From contig CAVSTP010000004.1 in NCBI GenBank assembly GCA_963730935.1, positions 224,001-288,000 of the forward strand: a stretch of 64,000 nucleotides of DNA, given 5' to 3'. Made by a program: the position numbers and the translations under genes. The notes beneath the pieces are model-generated. The model had not been told where the DNA came from. It made no database searches and saw only the letters and a program-made list of their open reading frames with translations. Below, piece by piece: positions 1-10,289 of the stretch (positions within the stretch are counted from its first letter, which is position 1; every line of letters starts with the position of its first letter). The DNA comes from an uncultured Nitrospiraceae bacterium. Lineage in GTDB: Bacteria > Nitrospirota > Nitrospiria > Nitrospirales > Nitrospiraceae.

Positions 1-213
1 AAGAAGTAGTCTCCGCACCGCCTTGTCCCGCCGCTACCGTCTCACGGTCGGGCGGGACAAGGTGCTTCCTCAAGTTTGTGCGCTTCGCGTTCCTCCATTT
101 TCTCTTGCTGGCGCTGCCGGATCTTTTGTCCCGTCTCGGCTAACTTGTCTGGCTTTTGTGGCGCACGATCGTCGCAGATCAGCCTCGATCAATGGTTCCA
201 GCCAGTCGGCATG

Positions 214-229
214 CGGCCTGTGTCTTGCA
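214..229 (+). promoter_or_regulatory. putative sigma-54 (-24/-12) promoter
   Basis: CGGCCTGTGTCTTGCA has GG-N10-GC with TTGC at -12, upstream of the ATG at 307. Confidence 0.5.
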
Positions 230-306
230 CCTCGTTGTGATTGTTTCTTGCGAAGGCGATCGCACACTTCAATCACGTAGTACACATTTTCATGGAGGGA
301 AACACA

Positions 307-840
307 ATGAAAGGACATCGCATCATACTCGGATCTGCTCTGGTAATGCTTGCGGGTTGTCAGACTATCGGAGGAGAGAGCATGCCGACGTTGACGCGCA
401 CGGGCGAAGTTAAGGATGTGGTTATCCGTGAGACCGCCGACCCTGCAACACTGACGGTCAATCCCGGCGACGAGGTCCGTTGGATCAACAAACGTCAGGA
501 CAATGTCAAGGTGATTTTCTTGAATCCGATGACGGAAAACCTCTCGTGTCAGCGAAACTTCGGCGGACTGCTGGGATTCGGAACCAAGCGCAACGAGTAT
601 TCGGCCAAATTGGGGCCCAATGAGACTGCAAGCGTCTGTTTTCGCGACCCCGGTGAGGTGAAATATGTGGTACGTGCCAAGTCAGGCGATCCTATAGGCG
701 AGCAAAATATCGCCGGCTCGATCGCGATCGGGCGGGACATGGCTCGTGAAGCCCCTGTTCAGAAGGAGGACCGCCGGACCTCAAGCAGCGAAGAGCGTAG
801 CGCCGCACGTGTTGAAGATGAGCCCGTGACAGCTCGCTAG
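307..840 (+). CDS. lipoprotein with cupredoxin-like fold
   Basis: RBS GGAGGGA before ATG 307; lipobox LAGC; PATLTVNPGDEVRWIN cupredoxin-like strand pattern; no full Cu ligand set visible. Confidence 0.7.
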   Translation: MKGHRIILGSALVMLAGCQTIGGESMPTLTRTGEVKDVVIRETADPATLTVNPGDEVRWINKRQDNVKVIFLNPMTENLSCQRNFGGLLGFGTKRNEYSAKLGPNETASVCFRDPGEVKYVVRAKSGDPIGEQNIAGSIAIGRDMAREAPVQKEDRRTSSSEERSAARVEDEPVTAR

Positions 841-976
841 GGAAAATGCTGGGGACATGACTGGGGTTCACGCTTAGGGTGAGCTAGAGAGTTCACTAAT
901 GTCCCCAGTCATAGCCTTATGGTCTTATGGGCCAGCGACGCGGAGCCTCTTCTTGTTAACTTGTAAAGGAGGCGTC

Positions 977-1234
977 ATGATGCAATTAGTCCAGGATTGG
1001 TATGTCGCACGCGAGGTCAATCACGACGAGAGCTTGACTGAGACGTTGATGGAGTGGTTCAGTCGCCGGCCCTCGTTATGTGACGTGACCGTGTTTGTTG
1101 CAGACGGCGTGGCGACGTTGCGGGGATCGGTCCCGACGAATTGGGAAAGGGCGCTGGCGATCGAGTTGGCCTGGGATGCGGGAGCCGAGGATATTCAGGA
1201 CGATCTAAAGTTGACACGACCGCTGGCCGCCTAA
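977..1234 (+). CDS. BON domain protein
   Basis: RBS AAGGAGG; VTVFVADGVATLRGSV...ALAIELAW...IQDDL BON signature. Confidence 0.75.
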   Translation: MMQLVQDWYVAREVNHDESLTETLMEWFSRRPSLCDVTVFVADGVATLRGSVPTNWERALAIELAWDAGAEDIQDDLKLTRPLAA

Positions 1235-1254
1235 CCGCTTCCGCCTATTTTCTT

Positions 1255-1287
1255 TGACCGGCATCGAGAGCGGCTCAATGCCGGTCA
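1255..1287 (+). terminator. stem-loop downstream of BON gene
   Basis: TGACCGGCAT...ATGCCGGTCA 10-bp inverted repeat. Confidence 0.5.
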
Positions 1288-1379
1288 TTCCTTCTACAAC
1301 AGCATGTGCCGGAATCTACAAGGGAGGGGTGGTGTCCCTACTTCTCCTCCCTGATCGACGAGGGGTGTGACATAGGGCT

Positions 1380-3140
1380 ATGCGATTTGCTGCAGTCGCC
1401 ATAGATTACGACGGAACGCTGGCTCAAGACGGTCTTGTCGATTCCTCCACGGCCGCCGCGCTGGAACAGGTGGTGGCCTCGGGGCGAAAGTTTATCCTCG
1501 TGACGGGCCGCATGCTGCATGAGCTGTTACCGCTCTTTCCGCAAGCCACGCTCTGCGCCAGAATCGTCGCTGAGAACGGAGCCGTGTTATATCGCCCCGC
1601 GACCCGCGAACAACGTCTTCTGGCGGCTCCGGCCTCACCCGCCTTGATCGACACCTTGAAGCGCAAAGGGGTGACACCTCTCGACGTGGGCGACTCCATC
1701 ATTGCGACCGTGAGGCCTCACGAAGTACCGATCATGGAAGCGATTCGGGATCTGGGACTCGAACATCACGTCATCTTCAACCGAGAGTCGGTTATGGTCC
1801 TGCCGCCGGGCATCAACAAGGCGACTGGCTTGGCTGCAGCGCTGGATGAGCTGCAGCTGTCCCACCACGAGGTGGTCGGCATCGGAGACAGCGAAAACGA
1901 CCATGCCCTGTTTCAGGCAAGTGAGCTGGCCGTCGCGGTGGCCAGTGCGGTGCCGACGTTGCGTGACGCAGCCGATTGGGTGACGGCGCGAAGCAACGGA
2001 GCCGGTACGAGAGAAGCGTTGCTTGCCCTTGTCGCAGACGACATGGTGGGTCACGCCAAACGGCTCACCCGGCACCGCATCACGTTAGGATCGCGAGGGG
2101 CAGGTGAACCGGTGACGATGTCGCCTGTAGGGGAAAATCTGTTGATCGCCGGCACGTCCGGCAGCGGAAAATCCACCTTGGCACACGCCATCCTTGAACA
2201 GTTGATCGACCAGGGCTATCAGTGCTGCGTGATTGATCCCGAGGGCGATTATCCCTCGATGGAAAAAATGATCATGTTTGGGAATTCGCAGCGAGGCCCT
2301 ACGGCGGTCGAAGTGATGACTGCTCTGGAAAATCCCAAGGCGCAGGTCATCGTCAACCTCGTCGGGCTTTCCCTGGAGGATCGTCCGGCCTTCTTTTTGG
2401 AGCTGCTGCCCAAACTCCAAAAGAGGTGTGTGCACACAGGGCGGCCTCATCGCATCCTGGTGGATGAAGCACATCATCTCATGCCGAAAAGCTGGCGCGC
2501 GACGCCGGAATCTCTTGGAGATCTTCAAAGCATGGTCTTCGTGACCGTTCACCCTGATCAGCTCGCGCCCCAAGTGCTCGCTTCGGTCGATCTGGCTGTC
2601 GCCCTGGGCCACGAGCCGGCCTCGACGTTACAGCCTCTGGCGGATTATCGTCATTCTCGCCGGATGACCACTGCACGTGTGGATGAATTGAAGCCAGGCG
2701 AAGCCCTGTTCTGGGGACGAGCCGAAGATCTGCCGCCCAAGCGACTGCTGATGGCGGTTCCACGCGCCGAGCGGCAACGCCATCGTCGAAAATATGCGGA
2801 AGGGGAGCTGCCTCCTGAGCGCAGTTTTTATTTCCGAGGTCCCGAGGGCAAGCTCAATCTCCGTGCGCAGAATCTCATCATGTTCCGTCAACTCGCGGAT
2901 GGCATCGATGACGAGACCTGGCTCCATCACCTTCGACAGGGAGACTATTCTCGATGGATGAAAACGGCCATCAAAGATCCTTCCTTAGCGGAGATCGTCC
3001 ATGAGGTGGAGGACATGCCAGGAGCTTTCCGCGCACGACAGCCGGCAACGCGTTGCCACCGCAATTCAAGAGCGATACACCCTGCCGGCCACTGGAATCT
3101 AATGCCGTGCAGAAAGGAGGTACCATGCGCGTACTCTTAG
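1380..3140 (+). CDS. HAD-superfamily (Cof/SPP-like) phosphatase fused to HerA/DUF87-like P-loop ATPase; probable frameshift near 3021 (natural stop likely 3102)
   Basis: DYDGTL, KATG and GDSEND HAD motifs; GTSGSGKS Walker A, IDPEGDY and LVDEAH Walker B. Confidence 0.85.
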   Translation: MRFAAVAIDYDGTLAQDGLVDSSTAAALEQVVASGRKFILVTGRMLHELLPLFPQATLCARIVAENGAVLYRPATREQRLLAAPASPALIDTLKRKGVTPLDVGDSIIATVRPHEVPIMEAIRDLGLEHHVIFNRESVMVLPPGINKATGLAAALDELQLSHHEVVGIGDSENDHALFQASELAVAVASAVPTLRDAADWVTARSNGAGTREALLALVADDMVGHAKRLTRHRITLGSRGAGEPVTMSPVGENLLIAGTSGSGKSTLAHAILEQLIDQGYQCCVIDPEGDYPSMEKMIMFGNSQRGPTAVEVMTALENPKAQVIVNLVGLSLEDRPAFFLELLPKLQKRCVHTGRPHRILVDEAHHLMPKSWRATPESLGDLQSMVFVTVHPDQLAPQVLASVDLAVALGHEPASTLQPLADYRHSRRMTTARVDELKPGEALFWGRAEDLPPKRLLMAVPRAERQRHRRKYAEGELPPERSFYFRGPEGKLNLRAQNLIMFRQLADGIDDETWLHHLRQGDYSRWMKTAIKDPSLAEIVHEVEDMPGAFRARQPATRCHRNSRAIHPAGHWNLMPCRKEVPCAYS

Positions 3141-3198
3141 TCCTACTGTTTGGATGGTCAGCTTGATGTTTAGCGCCTGTGCGGAGGAAGGGCAATAG
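3125..3198 (+). pseudogene. tiny lipoprotein-like ORF with a frameshift
   Basis: Strong RBS AAAGGAGG; MRVLLVLLFG then a shifted frame MVSLMFSACAEEGQ-stop containing a lipobox. Confidence 0.4.
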
Positions 3199-3425
3199 TT
3201 ATTGGCTGCGTCGCGCTCCCGACACACATCGTCAAGCGGGATGTTAAAATTCCTCCGCTTGTTTCCAACACCGCATACTTGATCTGGTCCATCATTCCAA
3301 CCCTGAGTTTCGCGCCGCGGCAGCGAGCACATCTTTTTCATCGACACGCGCACGGTTCATTCATCAATCTGAATCTCCGTTGAATGACGGGTCCATTCCA
3401 TATGCCCGCTTGCAGGTGTGACGAA

Positions 3426-3665
3426 TCACCGAATGGGAGCCGGCGGAATGGGTTCGGGTTGCGGCGGTGGAACCGGAGAGGGTGGAATGGGCTTTCCAGG
3501 AGGCGAGGGAACAGGAGCGGGTGGAATCGGTTGAGGATCACCAGACTCTGCGTATCCCGGTTGCACAGGGGCCAGTCCGATGCACAGGACCACGCTCGCT
3601 GCCCACAGGAACAGTGGGGGAGGGCGTCGGACGACTGGTCGGCAACGATACTGCGGTATTTCCAT
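3426..3665 (-). CDS. small secreted proline-rich protein
   Basis: Hydrophobic signal-like segment followed by PQPIPPAPVPSPPGKPIPPSPVPPPQPEPIPPAP. Confidence 0.55.
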   Translation of the reverse strand: MEIPQYRCRPVVRRPPPLFLWAASVVLCIGLAPVQPGYAESGDPQPIPPAPVPSPPGKPIPPSPVPPPQPEPIPPAPIR

Positions 3666-3733
3666 GCTCGGCAGCTTCGTCAGCCTGCACTGTGCGACCG
3701 TACATGTGACTCTGAACATGGCCTAGCTTCCGA

Positions 3734-4699
3734 TCAACTCGCCCTCCTGATATCGCGATAGAAGTTTGTTTCTGTGGTCGAGTCGATCAACGCTTCCTCG
3801 GGCGTTCCAATGATCCCGCCGATTACCGAGACGGCCAGACTGATGAGTGCTAATCCCGAGAGCCACAGCGACACCATTCCCAGACGATCCAACGCGTCTG
3901 CCTCCAGGGCCATCGACCGCTGCTTGGCGCCACGGAACGTGTCTTGTAGGGGGCCGAGCAAGCCAATCGTCGATTGCACGACGTCTCGGGCTTGGGCGTC
4001 GGACATCCCGAACTTATTCACCATGAGATTGACGGCGGCATCACGGTCGAGTGCAGTGAGCCTGTCGCGTAATTGGGCCAACGATTGATCGGTGATACGG
4101 CTCAGTGGTTCTCCCTGTCGTAGCGTGTCGGCGGTACGAGGGGCGTCGTGCTGCGCGGTGTCCGGTTGCAATTCAGGCTTCCCGGTCGCGCGAACGACCG
4201 ATTCGATTTCCCGCCGCACGTCATCCACAGACAGTTTGATGCGTCCTGCGGTCCGTGACACGGCCGCAGACGCGGCGTTCGAGAGCCCCGGTCCCAAGGT
4301 CTGAAGCGTGGTGCCGAAGATGGAAAATGCGCCGCCGATGACGGTGGCCATTGCCGTCGTCGTCAACCAGACGAACAGCAACCAGTTGACGCCCCACACG
4401 ACGACGCCATGATAGAGACCGTCCGCGCGGTCGCCGCTTCCGGATACGCGAGCGGTCAGATAGCCGCCGACGAACGCGGAGAGGAGCATCGAAAGGCCGG
4501 TCCACACGGCGGCTCCAACCGGAATGCTTTCTATAGGATTTGCGTCATGGAGATCGATCGCCCAGGCACCCAAGCCCAAGCCTGCTAGCGTCAGCACGGT
4601 CTGCAACGCCAATCCCACCGCCCATCCCGCAAACACGGCACTCCATTTGATCCTCGGATTGCCTGTCGAGCATTGGGAAAAGGTGCGATCGACTTCCAT
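3734..4699 (-). CDS. conserved membrane protein (YrzE/PhnA-like stress-associated membrane family)
   Basis: RIKWSAVFAG...LGLG start, several TM helices, helical linker and C-terminal TM; RBS GGGAAGG. Confidence 0.75.
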   Translation of the reverse strand: MEVDRTFSQCSTGNPRIKWSAVFAGWAVGLALQTVLTLAGLGLGAWAIDLHDANPIESIPVGAAVWTGLSMLLSAFVGGYLTARVSGSGDRADGLYHGVVVWGVNWLLFVWLTTTAMATVIGGAFSIFGTTLQTLGPGLSNAASAAVSRTAGRIKLSVDDVRREIESVVRATGKPELQPDTAQHDAPRTADTLRQGEPLSRITDQSLAQLRDRLTALDRDAAVNLMVNKFGMSDAQARDVVQSTIGLLGPLQDTFRGAKQRSMALEADALDRLGMVSLWLSGLALISLAVSVIGGIIGTPEEALIDSTTETNFYRDIRRAS

Positions 4700-4709
4700 G
4701 CGGCCTTCC

Positions 4710-5147
4710 CTATGCTGCGGAGGCTTGATAGGCGGTGTGAGATTGGCGGCGGACAAGAAGTGCTGGTTTTGGCACACCACAGACCGCGGACCGGATCGTG
4801 TTGAGCAGGTCGGAGCGGTCGAACGGTTTCTCGAGGATGGCATAGGCTGGTTCAAGCAAGCCGTGAGCCGTCTGTCCAGTCAACAGCACATCGCTGGTCG
4901 CCAAAATGACAGGCAGATCGGGCCACATGGCTTGTGCGAGGTCCAAGAGCTCCAGCCCGTCCATTTTGGGCATGTGATAGTCGGTCAACAGCACGTCATA
5001 GCGGCGCTTCTTGAGCGAGTCGATGGCCTCAAGCCCGTTGCACACTTCGTAGACGTTGTACCCGGCTTCGCCCAAAATCGTGCAAATGAGCGTCCGAACA
5101 GCATCGTCGTCCTCGGCGACGAGCACTCGCTTTCCGTAGCCGTCCAT
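4710..5147 (-). CDS. single-domain response regulator (CheY-like)
   Basis: VLVAEDD, LLTDYHMPKMDG and KPF motifs; RBS AGGAGG. Confidence 0.9.
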   Translation of the reverse strand: MDGYGKRVLVAEDDDAVRTLICTILGEAGYNVYEVCNGLEAIDSLKKRRYDVLLTDYHMPKMDGLELLDLAQAMWPDLPVILATSDVLLTGQTAHGLLEPAYAILEKPFDRSDLLNTIRSAVCGVPKPALLVRRQSHTAYQASAA

Positions 5148-5314
5148 CGCAGAACCTCCTTGCGGTGTAAAGATCATTTGAGCTGGGGGAGCAAGGTCCG
5201 GACCTTGACGCGGCGTGAAACCAAGCGAACATGGCTGGGGTTTCCGCAATGCGGACCAGGGAAAGACCCCTGTGATCAGGACGCTCTGTTCAGTGAAGGG
5301 ACAAAATGTCCGCG

Positions 5315-6670
5315 TCAGCAGGGAAAGCCGAAATACCGGAGTTTTCTCAGCAGCGTCTTGCGATGGATGCCCAGAATCGCCGCCGCCCTTCCGAGATCCT
5401 GGTTATGCGCTTCGAGCACGCGGAGAATGTGGTCCTTCTCCAGTTCGGCCAGCGTCACCCACCCTCGTGCTTGGGCGGCGGCCTGCACGGTGGCGCTTTG
5501 AATGCTTTGCGGCAGGTCCTCGGGAAAGACCACAGGGTGCGGGGTCAATGCCACGGCGCGTTCGATCGCATGCTCAAGCTCGCGAATGTTCCCCGGCCAC
5601 CAGTACCGGTTCAGTAAAGCCAAGGCGTCGGGCGAGATCCCCGTCACCGGCGGTGATTTTTTCCCGCCGTACATCTGGATGAAATATTGGGTCAACAGCG
5701 GAATATCTTCGGCGCGTTCGCGGAGTGGGGGAATGATGATGGTCACGACATTCAACCGGTAATACAAATCTTCACGGAACGTCCCGGCCTTGACCAGCTG
5801 CTCCAAGTCCTTCTTCGAGGCTGCCACGATACGGACGTCGATGGTCATGGGGCTCGTACTGCCAACCCTCCTGATCTCCCGTTCCTGGATCACCCGTAGG
5901 AGCTTGCCCTGCAGCACGGGCGAGAGATCGGCGACCTCATCGAGGAAACAGGTGCCCAGATGGGCCTTTTCCAGCAAGCCTTTTTTCGATGCCACCGCAC
6001 CAGTAAAGGAACCGCGCTCGTGCCCGAACAACTCCGATTCCAGCAGCGTTTCCGCGAGAGAGCCTCCATCGACGGCCACAAATGGACCGGCGCTCCTCGC
6101 GCTGTTGGCATGAATCGCCCTGGCGATCAGCTCCTTCCCTGTGCCGCTTTCGCCTTGAAGGAGGACCGTGCTTTCCGTGTTCGCCACGCGCGCAATCGAC
6201 TTATAGACGGACACAATGCCAGGGCTGCTGCCGACTAGATTGTCGAAGCGGTAGCGGTGTTTGAGCTGTTCTTTGAGCGCTTGGTTTTGTCGCGAGAGAT
6301 TCTTGTGTTCCAGGGCCCGCTTGACCACCAGCCGGATGTCGTCAACGATGAAGGGTTTGCTCAAATAGTCGAATGCGCCTGAACGGAGGCCATCCACGGC
6401 GGTTTTGAGCGAGCCGTACGCGGTCATCAGGATGACCGGCACGTCTTGGTGTCGAACCCGGAGTTCGGCCAGAAGCCCCATGCCATCCAGATCGGGCATG
6501 TGAATGTCTGAAATCACCAGATCGGGAGGACGGCTGTTGACTCGATCGAGCGCGGTCTTGCCGTCGGCCGCGGTGTCCACGCTGTAGCCTTCCTTCGAGA
6601 GAATTTCCCGAAGCAGCGTCACCGTTTCTTCGTCGTCATCGACGACCAGTATATGAGCAGGATCGTCCAT
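5315..6670 (-). CDS. sigma-54-dependent response regulator (NtrC/AtoC/ZraR family)
   Basis: Receiver, GESGTGKE, GSFTGA loop, WPGNIRELE and C-terminal Fis-type HTH. Confidence 0.95.
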   Translation of the reverse strand: MDDPAHILVVDDDEETVTLLREILSKEGYSVDTAADGKTALDRVNSRPPDLVISDIHMPDLDGMGLLAELRVRHQDVPVILMTAYGSLKTAVDGLRSGAFDYLSKPFIVDDIRLVVKRALEHKNLSRQNQALKEQLKHRYRFDNLVGSSPGIVSVYKSIARVANTESTVLLQGESGTGKELIARAIHANSARSAGPFVAVDGGSLAETLLESELFGHERGSFTGAVASKKGLLEKAHLGTCFLDEVADLSPVLQGKLLRVIQEREIRRVGSTSPMTIDVRIVAASKKDLEQLVKAGTFREDLYYRLNVVTIIIPPLRERAEDIPLLTQYFIQMYGGKKSPPVTGISPDALALLNRYWWPGNIRELEHAIERAVALTPHPVVFPEDLPQSIQSATVQAAAQARGWVTLAELEKDHILRVLEAHNQDLGRAAAILGIHRKTLLRKLRYFGFPC

Positions 6671-8289
6671 TAATGTGTTCCTTTGTCGGCTGCAGGCGCT
6701 CGTTCTGCTGCAGGCATCTGAATGGTAAAGGTTGTTCCTTTGCCGGGCTCGCTGTCGACGGTGATCCGCCCGTCGTGAGCCCGCACGGTTTCCTGCACGA
6801 TGGCCAGCCCGAGACCCGTCCCGCGTCCGGCCTGTTTGGTGGTGAAAAAGGGTTGGAAAATCTGTACCGAGTGATCCGGTTTGATGCCATATCCGGTATC
6901 GGCGACTTCGATGGCCACTCCGCCCGCCTGATGCAAGCCTCGACCGAGGGTGACGGGATCAGCCAGCGCTGTGCGCAAGCACAACGACCCGCCGTTGGGC
7001 ATCGCTTGCAGCGCATTTTCTATGAGGTGGTTGAACGCTTCCTGCATGTGCTGGCGATCCGCCTCCACCGGCGGAAGATCCGCGGTCAGTTCGGTAATGC
7101 AAGCAATGTGCTGGCGTTCGCATTCGGTTCGGAACAGACTCGCACATTCGCGCAGACAGTCGTTGATGTCGATCTTTGTCCTCACCGGAGGTGCACGCCT
7201 CGTATACAGCAGCAGGTCCTGGATGATGCGTGACGTCCTCTCGATCTGAGCTTCCACGGTTTGCAAGCGCCCTCTGACCTTGGATGGGAGTGACAAATCC
7301 TCCATGAGCAATTGCACGTGGCCGGAGAGCGCGGTCAGGGGTGTGCCGATTTTGTGGGCAACGGTGGCGGCGAACTGGCCGATGGCCGAGAGTCGCTGGG
7401 CCCGTGCGGCCGCATGTTGTGCTGCTGAAAGCATTTCGTTCGTGCGTGCCAGAGCCTCATTTTTCGCGCGCAACTCCTCGCTCGTATGGCGCAAATCGGC
7501 TTCTGCCTGCTTGCGGTCGCTGATGTTGCGTGCGACGACGGCCAGGCCGGAAATCGTTTTATCAGAGCCCATCACGGCGAACGCCTGCACGTGCAGCCAT
7601 TCGGCACGTACATCGTCCTGCCGGCATTGGATTTCGTAGGCCAGCGGTTTCCCCGTCTCGCGAAGCTGCTGGAACCGGTCGGCCGGCAGGCCGAGTGAAG
7701 CCCACAAGGAGGCCGGCGGCTCGACGCTCAAGAGCGCATCGCGCGATGGGCCAAAGAGCCGCACGAAAGCGTCATTTACCTCGAGAAGCCTCCCGTCGAA
7801 CGTGGCGTAGGCGATGGCATCGTGCGAGGAGTGGAAGATGCTCATGAACCGTTCCTGTACCTCGTGGAGCGCCGCCTCCGCGCGCGCGCGGCCGTGCTGT
7901 TCCAATAAGAGGCGATAGCGCCCTTCGCTTTCACGCAGCGCCTCGGCGACCTGACGGTACTGCAGAAGAAACAGACCGGTGAACAGCAGCACGACAAGCC
8001 CGAGCCCCCGGTTAATCAAGGCCAGCTCGTACGAAATTCCCTCCTTCGTGTCGAGCATGCCGATGAGCAACAGCCCGCTGCTGATGCCCAATGCGACGCC
8101 GGTGTATTGAGGCAGAAGCTGCGTCGTCAAGACGACCGGAATGAGGTACAACAACCAGACAGCGACCCCCAACGGAAGGATGCGATCTGCCGCGAACGTG
8201 GCGAGCGTAACCGTCAGGAGAAGGATGATCGTCACGGCCATCCTGCTGCCTCTATCTATGCGTTCTGGTCGTTCCTCGTCTGTTCTCAT
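6670..8289 (-). CDS. membrane PAS sensor histidine kinase
   Basis: N-terminal TMs, PAS/PAC, H-box AHKIGTPL, N/G boxes (FFTTK, GTGLGL); stop overlaps the RR start; start codon uncertain. Confidence 0.92.
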   Translation of the reverse strand: MRTDEERPERIDRGSRMAVTIILLLTVTLATFAADRILPLGVAVWLLYLIPVVLTTQLLPQYTGVALGISSGLLLIGMLDTKEGISYELALINRGLGLVVLLFTGLFLLQYRQVAEALRESEGRYRLLLEQHGRARAEAALHEVQERFMSIFHSSHDAIAYATFDGRLLEVNDAFVRLFGPSRDALLSVEPPASLWASLGLPADRFQQLRETGKPLAYEIQCRQDDVRAEWLHVQAFAVMGSDKTISGLAVVARNISDRKQAEADLRHTSEELRAKNEALARTNEMLSAAQHAAARAQRLSAIGQFAATVAHKIGTPLTALSGHVQLLMEDLSLPSKVRGRLQTVEAQIERTSRIIQDLLLYTRRAPPVRTKIDINDCLRECASLFRTECERQHIACITELTADLPPVEADRQHMQEAFNHLIENALQAMPNGGSLCLRTALADPVTLGRGLHQAGGVAIEVADTGYGIKPDHSVQIFQPFFTTKQAGRGTGLGLAIVQETVRAHDGRITVDSEPGKGTTFTIQMPAAERAPAADKGTH

Positions 8290-8403
8290 GTCTCCGTTCG
8301 GGACAAGTTGTCCAGGCACATTGTCCGGTTCAAAAGTGGAGTATGACCTCTTTTATGGGCTTCTTCTTCGTAATTTCAATGGCCTATATCAAAATCGCAC
8401 GCC

Positions 8404-8419
8404 TGGCAGTCTTTGTGCT
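8404..8419 (+). promoter_or_regulatory. sigma-54 promoter
   Basis: TGGCAGTCTTTGTGCT (GG-N10-GC) upstream of 8502. Confidence 0.65.
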
Positions 8420-8501
8420 TTACCAGAGGGATGAGTGATGGCGGAGCGAGAGAGTGCGTGCCGCCGGGCAATGAACCTTTCTCGGAGAAGGAGATGCCAG
8501 C

Positions 8502-8735
8502 ATGAGCTGTGAACGATGCGGAGGTTTCAAGGTGTTCGACTACTTCGACGGTCCGTTTCATTGCAGCGGGTATCGTTGCATCAACTGCGGCGCGATCACG
8601 GACATGCGGATTGCCATGACGACGCAGACCAGGACTGTCGTTCCCCCGCGTCGGACAAAACCCGTCCGGCGTACGTCACTTGTTGCGCCCCAAGCCGGGG
8701 CTGCTCATCCGGGTCAAACTGAACACCAGCCATGA
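8502..8735 (+). CDS. small zinc-ribbon protein
   Basis: RBS AAGGAG; CERCGG...RCINCG paired CxxC. Confidence 0.75.
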   Translation: MSCERCGGFKVFDYFDGPFHCSGYRCINCGAITDMRIAMTTQTRTVVPPRRTKPVRRTSLVAPQAGAAHPGQTEHQP

Positions 8736-8854
8736 ATCCACACCCCGTCCCAACCGTGCCGGTTGTTGACGCACGCCGGCACGCCGGAGGGTCCCCGAAC
8801 TGAACAGTTTAGGAATCAATGCTGATGTTAATGGAAGCTTTTGAACGGGAGCTT

Positions 8855-10051
8855 TCATGGCAAGCCTCCTCTCGGATCCCACCGATTCCCCGGATATTTA
8901 AGGCCAGTGTCCTCGAAGACTAGGGGGGAGTACACTGGGACAACCCCTAGGGCAATTTTCGCGTCCTCACGTTCCCTCTCGGTGCAGGCACGTTCAAACA
9001 CACAGTCGAGCCAGGGGGCTGAGCGGTATTGCCGTGACCGGCTGTCCGGCCAAAGCGCTGCGATGACCTGAAAGAGCGCCTTCACGGTTCGCTCTTCCGC
9101 GACTGCCCACCCGGCGAGATGACCGGGCGGAGTGGAGACGACCTGGTCCGGCACACAGCTGGCCAGCCGAAATCCATAGGATTCTGTCAGACGCTCGAGC
9201 TGGAGGGCTGAATAACCGTAAAGATAGGGAAATGTCAGGAGATTGTTGCAGGCCAACGCCACGTCGAACGGTCGGCGAAACTTCCAGGGAAGGAGAGAAC
9301 GCATCCGCAGCATCCACGCAAAGCAGGCTCCGTTCGGAACGCGCAACACCAAGACCCCGCCGTTGCGCAGCAAGAGAACGACCTGTTCCAAGAGGGGACG
9401 AGGGTCCGGCAGTTGATCGAAGGTATTCCAGACCACCACCGCGTCGAATGATGCTGGTGTGAATCGGGCCTCTTCGACAGTGCCTTCGAAGATGGGGAGC
9501 CCGCGCTCGCGGCAAAATGCCGCCACATCGTGGCCCGGATCAACGCCGACCATGTCCCAGCCCTGCTTTTGGCCTTCGAGCAGAAAGCCGCCGACAAAGC
9601 TGCCGATTTCCAAGATTCTCGGCCGTGACCGCTTCACGCATTTGGCCATATACCTGGCCAGCAGCGGCACCTTCGTCCTCGCCCAGCTTTGCTGCGTGGC
9701 GAGCTCGGCGCGAAGATATTCGTCATCATATCGTTCTGTCGCATAGGCCTTGGTGACGGTCTGTGCTGGTGGACGGGGATTGCGATACAAGAGTCCGCAG
9801 TCCAGACAGGTCACGATAGCGGTCGAATAGTCCTGAGTAAATTGGACGCGGTCGGTGGCTGTGGCTGTATCCTGCCGAGACCAGTGGCTGCGATAAAACG
9901 ACTCGAGGAAGCTGTGCTGCGCCGCGATGTCCTCTCCGGAACACACAAGACGAGAACGGCTGGAGCCGCAGAGATGGCATGCGACCCGCACAAGGGGCTG
10001 GTACTCAAGATCAACGGCTCCAGCGCTGTCCTTCCCTGCGATCGATCCCAT
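8855..10051 (-). CDS. class I SAM-dependent methyltransferase with N-terminal Zn-binding motif
   Basis: CHLCG...CLDCG; ILEIGSFVGG motif I; GVDP; GGVLVLRVPN. Confidence 0.88.
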   Translation of the reverse strand: MGSIAGKDSAGAVDLEYQPLVRVACHLCGSSRSRLVCSGEDIAAQHSFLESFYRSHWSRQDTATATDRVQFTQDYSTAIVTCLDCGLLYRNPRPPAQTVTKAYATERYDDEYLRAELATQQSWARTKVPLLARYMAKCVKRSRPRILEIGSFVGGFLLEGQKQGWDMVGVDPGHDVAAFCRERGLPIFEGTVEEARFTPASFDAVVVWNTFDQLPDPRPLLEQVVLLLRNGGVLVLRVPNGACFAWMLRMRSLLPWKFRRPFDVALACNNLLTFPYLYGYSALQLERLTESYGFRLASCVPDQVVSTPPGHLAGWAVAEERTVKALFQVIAALWPDSRSRQYRSAPWLDCVFERACTEREREDAKIALGVVPVYSPLVFEDTGLKYPGNRWDPRGGLP

Positions 10052-10289
10052 ATCCCTCCACGGTAGGCTTCACCCTCCAACCAGCCAACTGGGCAGAACC
10101 CAAGAACGTTGTGTGCTCGCCTCAAAAAACGCCGTAGACCGAGAGCCATCGAAGAAGAAATGGAGGCCAGTAAGGAAGGCCACGAAGTTATACGTTCGTC
10201 CGACAGAAACTAGGGGACTTCCCAGTGTGTTTGCTCTGGCATTCGGACTAGCGTTCTCTTGGTTGAACCCCTTAGGAGAGGAGGAGAAT

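Noticed and set aside
8919..8951. 18-bp box-like sequence ACTGGGACAACCCCTAGG
   Set aside because: Lies inside the methyltransferase 3' end between convergent genes; not counted as a regulatory site
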